The notes under the pieces were generated by a model. It made no database searches. It was given only the letters and a program-made list of their open reading frames with translations, and had not been told where the DNA came from. A program made the position numbers and the translations under genes. A stretch of DNA of 39,809 bases, from the NCBI GenBank assembly GCA_034670305.1, contig JAXMNT010000063.1:1-39809 (forward strand), in the 5' to 3' direction. Of the stretch, positions 37,318 to 39,809 are shown piece after piece. Position 1 is the stretch's first letter; the number at the start of each line of letters is the position of its first letter. This DNA comes from Deltaproteobacteria bacterium. Its GTDB lineage: Bacteria > Myxococcota_A > Polyangia > Polyangiales > Houyiibacteriaceae.

Positions 37318-38181
37318 GTGAGCGAAGAAACGAAAGACGCGGACGGCGAACCCACGCGCGCCAGCGACGTCCCCTTGGAGATCGTTCGGGAGCGCGAGGC
37401 GTTCGTCCGCAACGTCCTCAAGAAGGGGATGGAGTACACCGAGGAGCTCATCCACGAGAACCGGGAACTCCGGGCGGAGTTGGACGCGATGCAAACGCAG
37501 GTCGCCGAGCTCCGGAGTCAGCTCGCGAGCGACGACGCGATCCGCGATTTCGTGAAGACGATCGAGAAGCTCGAGGCCGAGCGCCGAGCCCTGGTCCACC
37601 GCCACACGGTGCTCGAAGAGACCGAGCGGGCCCACGCGAACCGTCAGCAAGAGATCGAACAAGAGATCAACGACCTCGCGAACCTCTACATCGCCAACTT
37701 TCAGCTCCACGCGTCGTTCAGCCTGCGGCGGGTCGTGCGCCATCTGTGCGACATGGTGGGTCAGCTCATCGGCGCCGAGGCGTTCGTGATCTACCTCGTG
37801 CAAGGCAACGAGGTCGTACCCATCGCATCCGAGCACGTGCCGCCCGAGTCGTTGTCGACGTTTGCGCTCGGCGCCGGCCCGGTTGGCGAAGCGTGCCTCA
37901 CGGGCATCCGCCGGGTGCGCGAGACCGAGCTCTCGACCGAACGCGCCGACGACCCGGTCGCCGTGATCCCCCTCATGGCGGATGGTCGCCCGGTGGGTGC
38001 GGCCGAGATCGTCCGGATGCTCGAACAGAAGCAGTCGTGGGCCTCCGTGGATCACGAACTCTTCGAACTCTTGGCGGCGCAAGCGGGCACAGCCCTGATC
38101 GCCGCTGCCCTCTACGACCCGGACCTCGGTCCGGTCGCGTCGCTCGCCGGCCTCCCGGCACGTCTGGAACGGAAGAATTGA
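37318..38181 (+). CDS. Coiled-coil plus GAF-domain protein
   Basis: Heptad-rich N-terminal half; GAF-like C-terminal half (G.GPVGE, PVAVIPL….PVG, ELFELLAAQA). GTG start with GGAG upstream. Confidence 0.75.
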   Translation: MSEETKDADGEPTRASDVPLEIVREREAFVRNVLKKGMEYTEELIHENRELRAELDAMQTQVAELRSQLASDDAIRDFVKTIEKLEAERRALVHRHTVLEETERAHANRQQEIEQEINDLANLYIANFQLHASFSLRRVVRHLCDMVGQLIGAEAFVIYLVQGNEVVPIASEHVPPESLSTFALGAGPVGEACLTGIRRVRETELSTERADDPVAVIPLMADGRPVGAAEIVRMLEQKQSWASVDHELFELLAAQAGTALIAAALYDPDLGPVASLAGLPARLERKN

Positions 38182-38211
38182 TGTCCCTCAACTCCCCGGC
38201 GGCTCAGACCC

Positions 38212-38589
38212 ATGAGTGAAATGTCCTGTCTGGTCGTGGAAGACTCCCCGATGATGCGCCAGCTTCTGGTGTTCGCCCTGGCGCGGATCAAGAAGCTCAA
38301 GGTGACCGAAGCGGAAGACGGTGTGGACGGGCTGCGCAAGCTCGCCACCGGCCGGTTCGACCTGGTCATCACCGACATCAACATGCCCATCATGGATGGG
38401 CTCAAACTCGTCAAACGCATCCGCAGCGACGAGACCCACAAAGACGTGCCGATCATCATCATCACGACCGAGGGGTCGCAAGAAGACCGGCAGCGCGCGA
38501 TGGCGCTCGGCGCCACGGCGTACATCACGAAGCCGATTCAGGCCCCGCAGGTCATCGCCCGGGTCAAAGAACTCCTCAACCTGGAGTAG
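38212..38589 (+). CDS. cheY: Single-domain response regulator (CheY-like)
   Basis: LVVEDS, TDINMP.MDG, TTEG, YITKP. Confidence 0.9.
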   Translation: MSEMSCLVVEDSPMMRQLLVFALARIKKLKVTEAEDGVDGLRKLATGRFDLVITDINMPIMDGLKLVKRIRSDETHKDVPIIIITTEGSQEDRQRAMALGATAYITKPIQAPQVIARVKELLNLE

Positions 38590-38708
38590 CCGCAGGAATC
38601 GCTGAGCCAACTGCTGCTGCGGTCGCGGTCTGGACGCGCGGGCGGCGTCGGGCGCAGCCCTGAACAGCTGCAGGCTACGCAGTCGGCCGTTGCGGTAGTC
38701 GATGCCTT

Positions 38709-38924
38709 GGAAGGCTCGGTGTAGCCAATAGGGAGGCTGGGTCCCGGCCCGAGAGTCTGCGCCCACTGGCCGGCAGGGCGGCGCGCTGGGGGTGCTTGTT
38801 GCCAATGCAGCATGCTGCTGCACCGCTTGAACTGCCGTGTTCGAGGCGGCGCCGTTCGTTGCCCGGCTCTGTGCTGAGGCGCAGCGCCAGGGCTTCGCTC
38901 CGCGTGATTCGAGAAGTGGCTGCG
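38709..38924 (-). repeat. Conserved non-coding element 3' of the RAYT gene (homolog of nt 1-221)
   Basis: See the alignment under feature 1-221. It starts 12 nt after the transposase stop codon. Confidence 0.9.
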
Positions 38925-38936
38925 CATGAAGCTTGG

Positions 38937-39629
38937 TCAGCGGCGAGGGCCAGGGATGTCGTCGATGGCGATCCTCCCGCCCTTCCTCCACCCGACGCGC
39001 AGTAGCCATGTGCCGGCGCTTGGCATCCTGGGGGCCGAATCGTCCGGACAGGCGGGCGTCGATTTCCACCCGTCGAAGGCGCTCGCGGTGGAACAGGGAT
39101 CCACCCAGCGGGCCTTGAGCTTGTGGCGGGCGCCCGCGTGTTTGCGGGCGTTGTTCAAGACGTATCGGAGCGCGAAGCGGACCTGGGTCGGCGTCTTGAG
39201 TGGCTCGACGTGGTAGCGGTCTGGGAACACTTGGCCGTGCCGGCCGAGGTACTTGTTGAGCCGCTTGGCCAAGCGAACGAGCAACCCCTTCATGCCGAGT
39301 TGCAGCGCCACCGTGCCCCTGCACTCCACGAGGAGATGCACGTGATTGCTTTGAATCGAGAAGTGAACGATGCGCATGCCGTTGCGCTCTGCGGCTTCTT
39401 CAAAGACCGCAAAGCACACCGCCCGAAGGTCGCGGCGACGCAGGTTCGGTAGGTCCTTCGCGACCTTGATGGTGACGTGCACGGGGTGCCGGTTCTGAAT
39501 GGCTGGCCTCCGGCGATGGGGCACGCCCGCGCGTTCGCCCTTCGGCTTGCGACCCGCGCCCGACCGTCGACCCCCGTGCTGGCGGAAGTGGAGGTCCAAC
39601 TGTTTGAGCTTTCGGGTACGACGCGCCAT
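38937..39629 (-). mobile_element. REP-associated tyrosine transposase (RAYT)-like HUH/Y1 nuclease
   Basis: PVHVT, HUH motif SNHVHLLVE, G.VF.DRYH, catalytic 'YVLNN..KH', basic N-terminus GGRR.GAGRKP. ORF intact, 230 aa. Confidence 0.88.
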
Positions 39630-39647
39630 CTTGATAAGGCTATCAGG
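39630..39647 (-). promoter_or_regulatory. Hairpin overlapping a putative -10 box (TAGCCT) 7 nt upstream of the RAYT ATG
   Basis: CTTGATA-aggc-TATCAGG palindrome; minus strand reads TAGCCT-tatcaag-ATG. Confidence 0.45.
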
Positions 39648-39683
39648 CGCTCAAGGTGATCGATACCGAGGAGACGATCTCTA

Positions 39684-39761
39684 GCTAGCAGGTCGCTGAA
39701 AAGCGACCTGCTCCCTTGCCGTTGCCCTTGCCCGTGCCCTTGCCCGCGTCGTGGACGCCGT
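39684..39761 (-). repeat. Second copy of the IS5-like element end (hairpin plus GGGCAA array)
   Basis: Reverse complement matches 24867-24944 at 77/78 nt; preceded by CTAG. Confidence 0.92.
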
Positions 39762-39809
39762 GTGTTTCGCGACGGCGAGGCGCGAATCGGAGCGCGATGC
39801 CCAGCGGAC

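Noticed and set aside
1-38924. One 39-kb composite transposon bounded by the inverted 220-nt elements
   Set aside because: The copies are substantially diverged outside the core, the interior includes core genes (recO, tgl-like, che), and HUH/Y1 enzymes do not use terminal inverted repeats in this way. Independent copies are more likely.
38538-38927. 129-aa ORF downstream of the RAYT as a conserved small protein
   Set aside because: The homologous copy at nt 1-221 keeps nucleotide blocks in different frames and stops early; codon usage is not gene-like.
38937-39629. IS200/IS605 element with TnpB or IscB
   Set aside because: No RuvC-type nuclease ORF adjoins the Y1 gene, and its length and motifs fit stand-alone RAYT-like proteins.

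Overview
High-GC bacterial DNA, most likely Myxococcota (inferred from a tgl-like TPR lipoprotein/HTH/recO block, a membrane Hanks-type kinase and a HEAT-repeat chemosensory cluster). From left to right it holds: (1) housekeeping and envelope genes (OMP barrel, ABC1/UbiB kinase, glutaredoxin, Ser/Thr kinase, CPA1 antiporter, crotonase); (2) a repeat-rich accessory patch at 8.0-10.7 kb with a four-helix-bundle (IVP/Avd-like) gene, C-GNA-G triloop hairpins, a 72-bp structured direct repeat, and mutually inverted 12-mer arrays around a frameshifted unknown-domain/PP2C fusion gene; (3) a 12-gene pseudaminic-acid-type glycan locus with extra tailoring enzymes (10.8-24.4 kb); (4) a ~500-bp IS5-like non-autonomous element carrying a second, decayed four-helix-bundle gene; (5) mtnD-mtnB, crp, tgl-like, HTH and recO; (6) a chemosensory cluster with no MCP; (7) a RAYT-type HUH/Y1 transposase. 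The ~220-nt non-coding region 3' of the transposase recurs, inverted, at the start of the window, and its 5' neighbour is a near-identical copy of one end of the IS5-like element. The least explained signals are the conserved non-coding element behind the RAYT and the recurring arrangement of four-helix-bundle gene, inverted short-period arrays and ssDNA-type hairpins. All calls come from reading the sequence by eye; no database search was run.
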